In this document: piece after piece, positions 52,875 through 62,282 of the stretch
Numbering within the stretch: the first letter of the stretch is position 1
Layout: each line of letters begins with the position of its first letter
Assembly (NCBI GenBank): GCA_964355675.1
Contig: CAYHEC010000014.1
Span: forward strand, 1,110 to 65,109
From: an uncultured Caldithrix sp.
GTDB lineage: Bacteria > Electryoneota > AABM5-125-24 > Hatepunaeales > Hatepunaeaceae
DNA: 64,000 nucleotides
Reading direction: 5' to 3'
Translations under genes and position numbers: made by a program
The notes under the pieces: model-generated
Told to the model about the DNA's origin: nothing
The model's input: the letters and a program-made list of their open reading frames with translations, nothing else
The model's database searches: none

Positions 52875-54554
52875 ATGGAACTGAACAAGGGCGCATCAAG
52901 CGCCATTACCAGCGATTCCCGTCCGCTTGGTGAAATATTGCTTGAAGCCGGGCTGATTTCTGCCGAACAGCTTTCACTTTCACTTGATGAACAGCAAAGT
53001 CATCCAGCATACCTCGGCCAAATACTGATGCGTCACCATTGGATAAATGAGCGGGACTTGCTCCGTCATCTTTCCGTTCAGCGCGGCGTCGAATTCATCG
53101 AAGTTCGAGATCGGGATATTCCATCGGATGTCGTCGATCGATTTCCACAGGATGTAGCGCTCCAACTCTCGGTTCTTCCCATCTCGTATCAGGACGGCGT
53201 ACTACGCGTCGCTATGGAGGACCCGTTCAATGAACGACTTCTCAACATGGTAATGCAAAGCGTCCCGGAACCGTTGAAGCCAGCTTTTTCCACCCGCAAC
53301 GACCTGCATTATGCGATCAATCGCGCCTATAACAACCTTGTTCGTTCTAATCCATTGGTGAGAGACTATTTCGACGGTTTCGCCTACCTGCTCGAACAAG
53401 GCGAATTCGATACGAATAGACTGATCGACCTTAGTCTTGCACTTGCCCATTTGCTCGGATCATCCGACGTGCATTTCTTTTTCGGTGTTAGTGATTTGAG
53501 GATACTGCTTCGAATCGATGGAACGCTCCATAGTATTCCTTTGCCCACGAGGCGTATTCGTGCCGAACAAATTATCCAGCTTCGCAATACACTCAAACTG
53601 AGATGTGGTATCGACGCGTCGCGGAGAGGTACTTTTCAGGAGGGCAGACTTGAGCTTGAAATGGAACAGGGCAGAATCATTGCCTCGGTCTCGATAGTTC
53701 CATTGATCGATGGCGAAAAGGCAGTTCTCCACTTGAGCGGAAGACTCGAATTTCGCGACTTCGATCACCTTGGGCTTGCCAACTCTGAGCGAGCTAAAAT
53801 TCTTCCGTTTTTAATGAGATCGAGCGGACTGATAATAGTTTCTGGGGCCGCTGGGTCTGGCAAAACCACGTCGCTTTATGCTCTTCTCGAGAAAATCCCT
53901 TCAGTTTCCCGGAACATTATCACGATTGAAAACCCCGTTGAGGCGAAATTACCTTTCGCTTCTCAAATACAACTCGACAACGAGAAGGGTTTTACTGCTG
54001 AAGTGGCCGTCTCATCACTATTGCGCCAAGACCCTGATGTGGTTATGATTGGTGAGTTGATCGACAAAGAAGCGGCCTCAATGGCAGTCGAGAGCGCCAT
54101 GACCGGACATTTGGTGCTAACCTCGCTTAACATGGAGAGCGCGGCGTGGGTGATATTACATCTGTTGAATATTGGAGTCAATGCACTTTCGTTGGCGAGC
54201 GCACTCAAGTTGATTATTGCCCAAAGACTTGTTCCTCGAATATGCCGGGATTGCCGATTGCCTCATCCTAACGAGGCGGAGATGATCAACCTATTAAATT
54301 TACAAGCCAATTCCAAACTATTCAGTAGTGTTGGTTGTGCGAAATGTTATTTCTCGGGAAAGAGCGGTAGGGTAGCGATTTTTGAGACGATCTTTATAAC
54401 GGATGCTCTCCGCGATTTGATCACTTCAAAGCCATTAATCTCAGAGCTCGCCGTCCATTCGAAGGGAGCCGGAGCGAAATCTTTCCGTGAAGACGCCCTG
54501 GAGAAGTGCCTCGCCGGGCTGATCGCGCCAGAGGATGTGCTGGCGGTGATGTGA
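52875..54554 (+). CDS. Divergent GspE/PilB-family secretion ATPase with N-terminal MshEN-like domain
   Basis: Walker A GAAGSGKTT, Walker B DPDVVMIGE, tetracysteine CRDC...CAKC. The Asp box reads ENPVE, the post-Walker-B segment reads GELID, and the His box reads TGHLVLTSLNME. The start is set at the ATG 52875 with GGAGG upstream. Confidence 0.75.
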   Translation: MELNKGASSAITSDSRPLGEILLEAGLISAEQLSLSLDEQQSHPAYLGQILMRHHWINERDLLRHLSVQRGVEFIEVRDRDIPSDVVDRFPQDVALQLSVLPISYQDGVLRVAMEDPFNERLLNMVMQSVPEPLKPAFSTRNDLHYAINRAYNNLVRSNPLVRDYFDGFAYLLEQGEFDTNRLIDLSLALAHLLGSSDVHFFFGVSDLRILLRIDGTLHSIPLPTRRIRAEQIIQLRNTLKLRCGIDASRRGTFQEGRLELEMEQGRIIASVSIVPLIDGEKAVLHLSGRLEFRDFDHLGLANSERAKILPFLMRSSGLIIVSGAAGSGKTTSLYALLEKIPSVSRNIITIENPVEAKLPFASQIQLDNEKGFTAEVAVSSLLRQDPDVVMIGELIDKEAASMAVESAMTGHLVLTSLNMESAAWVILHLLNIGVNALSLASALKLIIAQRLVPRICRDCRLPHPNEAEMINLLNLQANSKLFSSVGCAKCYFSGKSGRVAIFETIFITDALRDLITSKPLISELAVHSKGAGAKSFREDALEKCLAGLIAPEDVLAVM

Positions 54555-54557
54555 GAG

Positions 54558-54592
54558 TGGTCGATGGTCAATGGTCGATGGTCGATGCTGAT
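54558..54592 (+). repeat. Heptanucleotide tandem repeat (TGGTCRA x4-5)
   Basis: tggtcga tggtcaa tggtcga tggtcga tgctgat, immediately after the stop codon. Confidence 0.85.
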
Positions 54593-54623
54593 CTGTACAG
54601 GCAAATTTATTCGCCCGATAAAG

Positions 54624-54823
54624 ACGGCGATTGAAATCGCCGGTACTGGTGCGGTTTAGAGGACAAACTGAAGTTTGAACTCTGAACTCAGGTCCGCCCA
54701 GCAAAGCTGTGCGGCTACACGCGGCTGGGGTTTGCTGTCAACCCCAGAGGGTTGACAGCTTGCTGGGAAGCTGTGCGGCTACAAGCAATATTAATTTGCT
54801 ACCGACCACGGCGGGTCGGTAGC
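54624..54823. repeat. Mixed hairpin block (families L, G, M, K)
   Basis: ACGGCGATTGAAATCGCCGGTAC (54624-54646). CCCAGCAAAGCTGTGCGGCTACACGC (54696-54721). GCTGTCAACCCCAGAGGGTTGACAGC (54735-54760), which is the reverse orientation of 4688-4710. GCTACCGACCACGGCGGGTCGGTAGC (54798-54823). Confidence 0.85.
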
Positions 54824-54841
54824 GGAAAACCGGTCTTATAA

Positions 54842-55735
54842 ATGCAATCTTCTCAACACCAAAAATACTTTCGCATCTTCGCCCTGATGAGTCTTGCGCT
54901 CATGGGTGGCTGTGGAGAAAAAAGCCGTCCGAATCCGTCCGGAACGCTCGAAGCAATCGAGATCGAAATCGCTTCCACAATCGGAGGGCGAGTGATTAAA
55001 GCCTCAGCTCAGCTCGGAAGTAAGGTCATGAGTGGCGACACGCTTGTTGTCCTTGACACCGACCTAATCCGGCTTCAACGTGCCCAAGTCGAGAGTGGGC
55101 TGGGTTCAATTGCCGCTCAGCGCACTGTCCTCGCCGACGGTATCTCACAAGCTGAGCGCAACCTCGAGTACCTCGATCTGCAACTTGGCCGCATCGCTGA
55201 ACTGCTTAAATCAGGCTCAATTCAGCAACAACAGCTCGACGAATTCACCACCCGTCGCGACGTCGCCAAAGATCAAGTTTCCGCAGTCAAGCACCAGCTC
55301 GCGGCGCTCGACTCTGAAGAGACAAAGCTAAGCGCTACGCTCGCTGTTTTTGACCGACAGCTTCAAGAAGGCATCATCCTGTCGCCTTTGGATGGGGAAG
55401 TGATTCTGCGCTCCATCGAGCCGGGTGAAGTAGCTACTCCCGGCAAAGTATTATTCCGTCTGGCAAACCTTGAGCGGATGGAGCTTCGCATCTTTATCGG
55501 AGCGCCCGATCTGGACAGAGTGAAAGTTGGATCGACGTCACCGGTTTTGATCGACGCCCTGCCTGGACAGAAGTTCACAGGGATTATTACCTGGGTCAGT
55601 TCCGAAGCCGAATTCACACCAAAGAACGCCCAGACTAAAGACGCGCGCTTGCAACTGGTCTATGCCGTCAAGATCGCCATCGACAACCGGGAGGGATTGT
55701 TGCGCATCGGTATGCCAGCAGAGGCGGGGCTGTGA
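54842..55735 (+). CDS. HlyD-family membrane fusion protein
   Basis: 297 aa. Lipoprotein-like signal (LMGGC), a lipoyl-like hairpin, a coiled coil and beta-barrel segments typical of YbhG/HlyD. Confidence 0.85.
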   Translation: MQSSQHQKYFRIFALMSLALMGGCGEKSRPNPSGTLEAIEIEIASTIGGRVIKASAQLGSKVMSGDTLVVLDTDLIRLQRAQVESGLGSIAAQRTVLADGISQAERNLEYLDLQLGRIAELLKSGSIQQQQLDEFTTRRDVAKDQVSAVKHQLAALDSEETKLSATLAVFDRQLQEGIILSPLDGEVILRSIEPGEVATPGKVLFRLANLERMELRIFIGAPDLDRVKVGSTSPVLIDALPGQKFTGIITWVSSEAEFTPKNAQTKDARLQLVYAVKIAIDNREGLLRIGMPAEAGL

Positions 55736-55825
55736 ATATATTTGAAGCAATTGATTTTGTACGCTAATGCAGAAAACAAATAATCGCATTGCTGACCGCG
55801 GCGGGTCGGCAGTGGATTCTTCAAG

Positions 55826-56806
55826 GTGACCTTCGCCGTTCAAATAGAGAACTTCACTCGCTCCTACGGAGACGTTCAGGCAGCCAAAGAGTTGACTTTT
55901 TCGGTCAGGGAGGGCGAATTATTCGGCTTAATCGGCCCTGATGGTGCGGGTAAAACCACAACGATGCGAGCATTATGCGGGCTCATCACGCGGGACAGCG
56001 GCACAATGTCGATCTTCGGGATCGATCCGGAAGGATACCCTCGCAAAGTTCGTGAGTTAATCGGCTACATGCCTCAACGGTTCAGCCTCTATCCCGACCT
56101 GACCGTCGCTGAAAATTTGCGTTTCTTCGCCGATCTTTATCTTGTGCCGACGGATGAACGCCAACGCCGCGAGGAACGGCTCATGCGATTCTCCCGACTT
56201 GGTCCCTTTCGCGACCGACGAGCCTTGCAATTATCCGGCGGAATGAAGCAAAAGCTCGCCCTCTCCTGTACCCTGATTCATACTCCCAGACTGCTGATAC
56301 TTGACGAACCGACCACAGGCGTCGATCCGGTCAGCCGGCGGGAATTCTGGTCAATACTGAAAGAACTGTCTGCGGAGGGCATCTCAATTGTCGTTTCAAC
56401 GCCCTACATGGACGAGGCTCTTCTTTGCGACCGGACAGCGCTGATGCACAAAGGAAAAACGTTAGTGGTCGGGACTCCATCACAGATCACTGAGCTTTAT
56501 CCCCACATCCTCATCGAGGCAACGGCTGAGAATCTTCAGGATATCCGACAGAAGTTGATCGCCTCAGGAATTGACTCAAATCATTTACATCGATTTGGCG
56601 GCAGACTCCATATCGCCTGCAACAATCCCGGGGAGGCTGAACGAGTATCCACGTTAGTACGAGAGGCTGGCGGACAAGCGTCAAGGGCGTCGCCATCCAT
56701 CGAAGACACTTTTGTGGCAATAGTCGGTAAGCTTGATGATGAAAACCGCGCAGTGGGGCGGACAACTGTCCGCCCCACTGATGACCAAATGGCTTCCTTG
56801 CCGTAA
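55826..56806 (+). CDS. ABC transporter ATP-binding protein (YbhF-like half 1)
   Basis: GPDGAGKTT, LSGGMKQKL, LILDEPT. The C-terminal tail (..AVGRTTVRPTDDQMASLP) is encoded by repeat hairpins. Confidence 0.9.
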   Translation: MTFAVQIENFTRSYGDVQAAKELTFSVREGELFGLIGPDGAGKTTTMRALCGLITRDSGTMSIFGIDPEGYPRKVRELIGYMPQRFSLYPDLTVAENLRFFADLYLVPTDERQRREERLMRFSRLGPFRDRRALQLSGGMKQKLALSCTLIHTPRLLILDEPTTGVDPVSRREFWSILKELSAEGISIVVSTPYMDEALLCDRTALMHKGKTLVVGTPSQITELYPHILIEATAENLQDIRQKLIASGIDSNHLHRFGGRLHIACNNPGEAERVSTLVREAGGQASRASPSIEDTFVAIVGKLDDENRAVGRTTVRPTDDQMASLP

Positions 56807-56872
56807 GGTGTCCTCACCTTGCGGCGATATTGACTTTCACAATTACTTGTCGCAGGGTGAGGACACCCTGCG
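56801..56872. repeat. Inverted pair of family-J hairpins
   Basis: CCGTAAGGTGtcctCACCTTGCGG (56801-56824, contains the TAA stop) and CGCAGGGTGaggaCACCCTGCG (56851-56872). Related to the recG-downstream hairpin. Confidence 0.8.
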
Positions 56873-56893
56873 ACACCGAACAGCCTCCCATCA

Positions 56894-57667
56894 ATGACTC
56901 TAACTCAAAATGAGCTTTCTGGTAAATCTGACTCAGCAGTCGTCGCACGAAATCTGACGAGACGATTCGGGAAATTCATAGCCGTCGATAACCTCGACCT
57001 GAATGTCGAACGCAAGGAGATATTTGGGTTTCTCGGGGCGAACGGAGCCGGCAAAACGACTGCTATCCGAATGTTCTGTGGTTTGTTAAAACCGAGTTCA
57101 GGCGAAGCATGGATCGATGGCTTGCCTATCAGCAGTGATTCGGAAAAAATCAAAGGTCGAATTGGCTACATGAGCCAGCGTTTCAGTCTTTACGATGATT
57201 TGCTGATCGAAGAAAATGTTAATTTTTTTGGAGGAGTTTACGGCTTAAGCCGAAAAGAGATCGAATATCAGAAGGCTGAGCAATTCGAACGACTTGGTCT
57301 TGCTGATCAGAAGAGAACCTTAACGCGAGATTTGCCTTTGGGCTTTAAGCAACGTCTTGCCCTTGCTTGTGCGATGTTGCACCGGCCGAAGCTTCTTTTC
57401 CTTGACGAACCGACTGGCGGAGTCGATCCCATTGCACGGCGTGAATTCTGGAATGTGATTTATGAGACCGCCGAGGCAGGGGCAACAGTTTTCGTAACAA
57501 CTCATTATATGGATGAAGCTGAATACTGTGGCCGGATTTCGATTATGAAGGATGGGAAGATTATCGCCATCGGAGCCCCTGCAGAACTCAAGCGACTACA
57601 CGGCGTTCCGACAATGGAGGGGCTGTTCTTGAAACTGGTTGGACAAAGCGGAGTCACCAACGAGTGA
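56894..57667 (+). CDS. ABC transporter ATP-binding protein (YbhF-like half 2)
   Basis: GANGAGKTT, LPLGFKQRL, LFLDEPT. Confidence 0.92.
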   Translation: MTLTQNELSGKSDSAVVARNLTRRFGKFIAVDNLDLNVERKEIFGFLGANGAGKTTAIRMFCGLLKPSSGEAWIDGLPISSDSEKIKGRIGYMSQRFSLYDDLLIEENVNFFGGVYGLSRKEIEYQKAEQFERLGLADQKRTLTRDLPLGFKQRLALACAMLHRPKLLFLDEPTGGVDPIARREFWNVIYETAEAGATVFVTTHYMDEAEYCGRISIMKDGKIIAIGAPAELKRLHGVPTMEGLFLKLVGQSGVTNE

Positions 57668-58770
57668 AACGCATCCTCGCAGTCGCTCGCAAAGAGACGC
57701 TCCATATCATGCGAGACCCTCGCAGTCTTGCGGTGGCCATCGCCATGCCGCTGATGATGGTGGTGCTTTATGGCTATGCCCTCGATATGGAACTGAGAAG
57801 GCTTACGGTTGCAGTCCTCGATCAGGATCACTCCACGGCTTCGTTCGATCTACAACGCGAAATGACATCGAGTAACTTCATCGTTCCGGTTGAGGCATTA
57901 ATCAACCGAAACGAGATTGAAACCGGCTTCCGGCAAGGACGGTTCCGGGCCGTAGTGATTATTCCGAAAGGGTACAGCGTCAAGCTTGCAAATCGTTTGG
58001 AATCACCAGTCCAGATTCTCGTCGATGGAGCGGATGGCTCGACTGCGGCGGTGGTCGATAACTATATCCAAGCTGTAATTGCGCGTTTCAACCGAAGACT
58101 GGCGAACGAAGCATTCGGGATAAAATCGCTTCCAATTGAGCCTCAAACGCGAGTACTATTCAACCCGCAGTTGGTCAGCGCTCATTTTGTAGTTCCGGGG
58201 CTTGTTGCGTTGGTTCTTGTGATGATCTGCGCGCTGTTAACCTCACTCGCCATTGCCCGCGAACGTGAGACCGGCACGCTCGAACAGATCCTCACTACTC
58301 CGGTTGCTCCATCGCAGGTAATCCTTGGGAAGGTAATTCCCTATATCGCTCTGGGAGCCATCGATGCTACGCTGATACTCGCCACTGGCAGGTTCATCTT
58401 CGGAGTTCCGATGAACGGCTCCTGGTGGGTGCTGTCGGCCTACACGCTTTTGTACATCATAATCTCGTTAGCGCTTGGATTGCTGATTTCAACCTTCGCC
58501 AGGACTCAGCAAGTTGCAATGATCGCGGCGTTGATGGGAACGATGTTGCCCACGCTACTTTTGTCAGGATTCATGTTCTCGATCTCCAGCATGCCGTGGG
58601 TGCTTCAACAAGTGAGTCGTTTTATCCCGGCAACTTACTATCTGCGGATCATTCGGGGAGTCATGTTGAAAGGACAACTTTGGTTCCCCCATGAGGCAGG
58701 GATTCTCGCTTTTCTTTCTGTATTAATATTGACAGTTGCCATCGTACGTTTCAAGGAGCGGTTGGAATAG
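57664..58770 (+). CDS. ABC-2 type transporter permease (YbhS/YbhR-like)
   Basis: 368 aa. N-terminal TM, large periplasmic loop, five C-terminal TM helices. GTGA overlap with the ATPase gene. Confidence 0.88.
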   Translation: MKRILAVARKETLHIMRDPRSLAVAIAMPLMMVVLYGYALDMELRRLTVAVLDQDHSTASFDLQREMTSSNFIVPVEALINRNEIETGFRQGRFRAVVIIPKGYSVKLANRLESPVQILVDGADGSTAAVVDNYIQAVIARFNRRLANEAFGIKSLPIEPQTRVLFNPQLVSAHFVVPGLVALVLVMICALLTSLAIARERETGTLEQILTTPVAPSQVILGKVIPYIALGAIDATLILATGRFIFGVPMNGSWWVLSAYTLLYIIISLALGLLISTFARTQQVAMIAALMGTMLPTLLLSGFMFSISSMPWVLQQVSRFIPATYYLRIIRGVMLKGQLWFPHEAGILAFLSVLILTVAIVRFKERLE

Positions 58771-58840
58771 ATGTCAAAGGACATAAATTTGTAGCGTTAA
58801 GACAGGCGAGCTGTGCTCGGCGAGTGCAATTCAGGTAACT

Positions 58841-59020
58841 CCCGCCCAGCAAAGCTGTGCGGGCTACACACGCTTAGGAGTTTCGAATGCTGTGCGGGCT
58901 ACACGCCCTTAGGGATTTCGAAGCTGTGCGGGCTACACGCCCTTAGGGATTTCGAAGCTGTGCGGGTTACACACGCTTAGGCGTTTCGAATGCTGTGCGG
59001 GCTACACGCGCTTAGGCGTT
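58841..59020 (+). repeat. Five tandem family-G repeats between the two permease genes
   Basis: GCTGTGCGGGCTACACGC(C/G)CTTAGG(N)TTTCGAA units start at 58853, 58889, 58923, 58957 and 58992, with a 34-36 bp period. Confidence 0.9.
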
Positions 59021-59056
59021 TAGTCAGTAGCCTCGAGAAATAGTACGAAAAATTTT

Positions 59057-60184
59057 ATGCGACCAATACTCTATCTCGTTCAAAAAGAATTTCATCAGAT
59101 TCTCCGTGACAAAGCCATGCTACGGATGATAATTGTTGTGCCTATCATTCAACTTTTCATCTTTGCCTATGCAGTGACAACCGACTTGAAAAACGTCCGT
59201 TTGGCGTTTATTGATTCCGACCGTACATTTGAGAGTCGTCGGCTGATCGACGCCTTTTTCACATCAGGATATTTTACGTCTGTCGGAATGGTCGAAAATC
59301 CTTCCGAATTAATGAGTATGTTCATGAAAGGCGAAGTTGATATAACGCTGAACATCCCTAAAGACTATGCAGAATGTATCGCAAGAGGGGAAAGCGCCGA
59401 GGTAGGATTGATGGTTGACGGCCAGAATTCCAGCCTGTCTGGAATGGCCAGGGGTTATGCTGAAGCGATCATAAGGACAGAAGCGGCAAAAATCCTCGAC
59501 GAGATGCGACTCGAGCACCCCGAGCTTGAAATGAGAATGCACCGCATCGTTCCGGTTTCACGGTACTATTACAATCCCGAACTCGAAAGTAGGAGGTACA
59601 TGGTTCCGGGAATTGTGGTGCTGTTGATTACAATAATATCAGGAATGTTGACCGGTATGGCGGTAGTCAAGGAGAAGGAACTTGGAACACTTGAACAACT
59701 TATGGTGACTCCCATCTCGCCGATTCAGTTTATTGCGGGGAAGACCATTCCCTTCATCATCCTTGCCTTCTTCGAACTGACCTTCGCCGCGTCCATCGCC
59801 ATATTCTACTTCAAGATACCATTCGAGGGATCGGTATGGCTGTTAGTCTCGGCGTCGTTACTTTATTTGATGGTGACACTCGGAATGGGCTTGCTCGCCT
59901 CTACCATTTCACACACACAACAGCAGGCGATGTTTGCCGTTTGGTTCGTTCTTATCTTTGGAATACTGATGAGTGGTTTTTTCTATCCAGTTGAGAACAT
60001 GCCGCGAGCGATTTATTTATTGACTTATCTAAACCCATTAAGACACTTCATGGAAATAATCAGAGGGATTTTCTTAAAAGGAGTGACTTTACGCGATATA
60101 CTGCCTCAAATGGGTATGCTTCTGGGATTGGGGACGATTATATTCGGAGTGGCAGTATTGAAGTTCAGTAAGGTGAATAAGTAG
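59057..60184 (+). CDS. ABC-2 type transporter permease (second paralogue)
   Basis: 375 aa with the same topology as the preceding permease. Confidence 0.88.
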   Translation: MRPILYLVQKEFHQILRDKAMLRMIIVVPIIQLFIFAYAVTTDLKNVRLAFIDSDRTFESRRLIDAFFTSGYFTSVGMVENPSELMSMFMKGEVDITLNIPKDYAECIARGESAEVGLMVDGQNSSLSGMARGYAEAIIRTEAAKILDEMRLEHPELEMRMHRIVPVSRYYYNPELESRRYMVPGIVVLLITIISGMLTGMAVVKEKELGTLEQLMVTPISPIQFIAGKTIPFIILAFFELTFAASIAIFYFKIPFEGSVWLLVSASLLYLMVTLGMGLLASTISHTQQQAMFAVWFVLIFGILMSGFFYPVENMPRAIYLLTYLNPLRHFMEIIRGIFLKGVTLRDILPQMGMLLGLGTIIFGVAVLKFSKVNK

Positions 60185-60242
60185 TGTGTTCAGGCGGCAG
60201 ATTTGTTACACCGCACGCAAAGCAAAGAAGTGGATTAAAGGA

Positions 60243-60278
60243 GAAGCACTCCCTCATTGCTGAGCGAGTGCTTCTTTT
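60243..60278 (+). terminator. Rho-independent terminator
   Basis: GAAGCACTC-(14 nt)-GAGTGCTTC followed by TTTTAT. Confidence 0.55.
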
Positions 60279-60314
60279 ATGTTAAGCCCCTTGCGGGGAC
60301 GAGATGGTATGCGG

Positions 60315-62084
60315 TTACTTCAATAAAACGGCTCGGATCATCTTCCTGACTCCACCACTTTCAACACCTACCAGATAAAGTCCGACGGGCAGTCCATCGC
60401 CATTGATCGACAGACGATTCTCGCCTTTTCCTAAAGATGATACGCCTAAATCACGTAATAATTTCCCCGAAACATCGAAAAGTCCGACTTTGACCAATCC
60501 CGCCTCGCTCAATGAGAATGAGACCTCGGCAACTGGGTTGAACGGATTGGGATACAAGCCGAGCAATTGAAATTCTGAAGGTTTAGTCAGGTTGTCAGGC
60601 TTGACTGCATCGGGAGGAGTAGTAGTGAGGGATATCTCCATGAAGGAGTTTGTCATATATACGACTTGCTCGTTTTGGATGGTCATAGCTTCGGTGATCT
60701 CCTCGCTGTCGCCAACAGCATACCAGTAAGTAAAAATCAAAGTGTCACTGTCTCTTGCCCCATCGACGGCCTCGGTCATATCGTCGTCACCCCAGACTGT
60801 CAGCAACAATGTATCGCCCGAAATCACTCCCGCCCCCAAAGGTAATCCTTCCACGGAACTGACGCCTAACTCATCGCCATTGGAAATCTCACCCAGAAGA
60901 CTCCAACTGCTGACCGCGATGGACATCGAACTTCCAGTGTTGGTTCCATTCGAGAATTGGGTCGGCAACGACGGCGCAGTGGGCGGCTCAAGATTACGAT
61001 CAGGTTCAGGCCAGATGAATTCAAATGGCTCATTCGTCACGCTCAATATCTGCAATCCATTACCCGGTAAAATCATCGGTAAATCAGATAAAGCGAGACC
61101 AGGGATGGCAAAGTTGCCCCGCCCGTCACGAACTATGCTCGCTCTATCTCCGATCAGATCCATAACTTGGCTCGGATGGATCGTATCTAAGCGCGGATAG
61201 GAAATCCAGTTCCAGCCGCTCTCTACGGGATAAGAATGTGAGGGATCGACGAACTCGCCGGAGAATTTGATCTCTGCATCTTCAGTAACTTTGATCTGAT
61301 AACTGCTAAACACCATCCAGTTGCCGATCTCGTTCACTCGTTCAGCCGGATTGAAAATTCTTCCGGCGGCGTCACGGAGGACGATAAGCGATCCTGCGTC
61401 GATCAACGGGGCAAAAAGGTTTGCTACCATTATCGAATCGGGAGCTACAGGTGCGGAGATCAAATTCCAGCCGCTTGCAACTGTCACGATTATCGAATCA
61501 GGTGGTGGAGGTGGCGGCGGTGGTTCCGCTTCGGCGAGGGTGCGTTCGGAGCCGTAAATCCGGTCACCGCTACTGTTGTCATTGTTGTTTGCGGCATTCC
61601 CGCAAAAGTAAAATGTAATTTCACCGGTTCCTTCGCGCGGAGCCGTCCAGTCGAAGATCCAGGAGGCGCTGTTGGCTTGCCTTGGGAATGTGCCCGCGCT
61701 ACGGTGTTTCAAGTACTGAGGCTGGTTGTTATTGTTGCTTAGTTGAGTGGCTTGCTGATTGACAACGGCGAGATTGCCGCCGCGGGAATTATTGGAAGTA
61801 AGCGCTGTTAATTCGAATCCCCAGCGTCGAGCGTTTGGGTCGGCTAAAGCCAGAGTGAGACGATAGGTCTCGCCCGGCTGATAACTTTCGGGCAATCCCT
61901 GAAGATTAAGAGTACCTTGTCCGCTATTGAACGCAAAGGACGAGTGGCACTCGGTGCAGTTCTGTTGGTTCGGAGGGCTGTTGGTCAAGCCATCATCGGG
62001 TCCGCCGGAACGAGCCAACAGGAACGAGGGCATGAGTAGCAAGGTAAAAAGCGAAACAAACCGGGTCATTTTATTTTTGGGCAT
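60315..62084 (-). CDS. T9SS-sorted surface protein with one N-terminal CxxCH haem-binding motif
   Basis: 589 aa. Signal peptide, CTECH 20 residues after the predicted cleavage site, an Ig-like region, a PPPPPPPP linker, GWN(L/W)IS repeats, and a C-terminal LYPNPFNPVAEVSF...YLVGVESGG...VLLK sorting domain. Confidence 0.65.
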   Translation of the reverse strand: MPKNKMTRFVSLFTLLLMPSFLLARSGGPDDGLTNSPPNQQNCTECHSSFAFNSGQGTLNLQGLPESYQPGETYRLTLALADPNARRWGFELTALTSNNSRGGNLAVVNQQATQLSNNNNQPQYLKHRSAGTFPRQANSASWIFDWTAPREGTGEITFYFCGNAANNNDNSSGDRIYGSERTLAEAEPPPPPPPPDSIIVTVASGWNLISAPVAPDSIMVANLFAPLIDAGSLIVLRDAAGRIFNPAERVNEIGNWMVFSSYQIKVTEDAEIKFSGEFVDPSHSYPVESGWNWISYPRLDTIHPSQVMDLIGDRASIVRDGRGNFAIPGLALSDLPMILPGNGLQILSVTNEPFEFIWPEPDRNLEPPTAPSLPTQFSNGTNTGSSMSIAVSSWSLLGEISNGDELGVSSVEGLPLGAGVISGDTLLLTVWGDDDMTEAVDGARDSDTLIFTYWYAVGDSEEITEAMTIQNEQVVYMTNSFMEISLTTTPPDAVKPDNLTKPSEFQLLGLYPNPFNPVAEVSFSLSEAGLVKVGLFDVSGKLLRDLGVSSLGKGENRLSINGDGLPVGLYLVGVESGGVRKMIRAVLLK

Positions 62085-62282
62085 TTATAGCTCTTTGAGA
62101 CGGTAATTCGGATCATTAATCTCGATGAGACTAAATTGACTCTATATCTTACGCTCTTATCAATTTTTTGTGGGGATAATTTTCAAATTATAAAGCCTCA
62201 AGCGACGTAAGTCTATTTGTATGACAGTATGCTCTGTCTAACCCGCTAATCGAGCACTAAATTCTTTCCATAGGATCAATTG

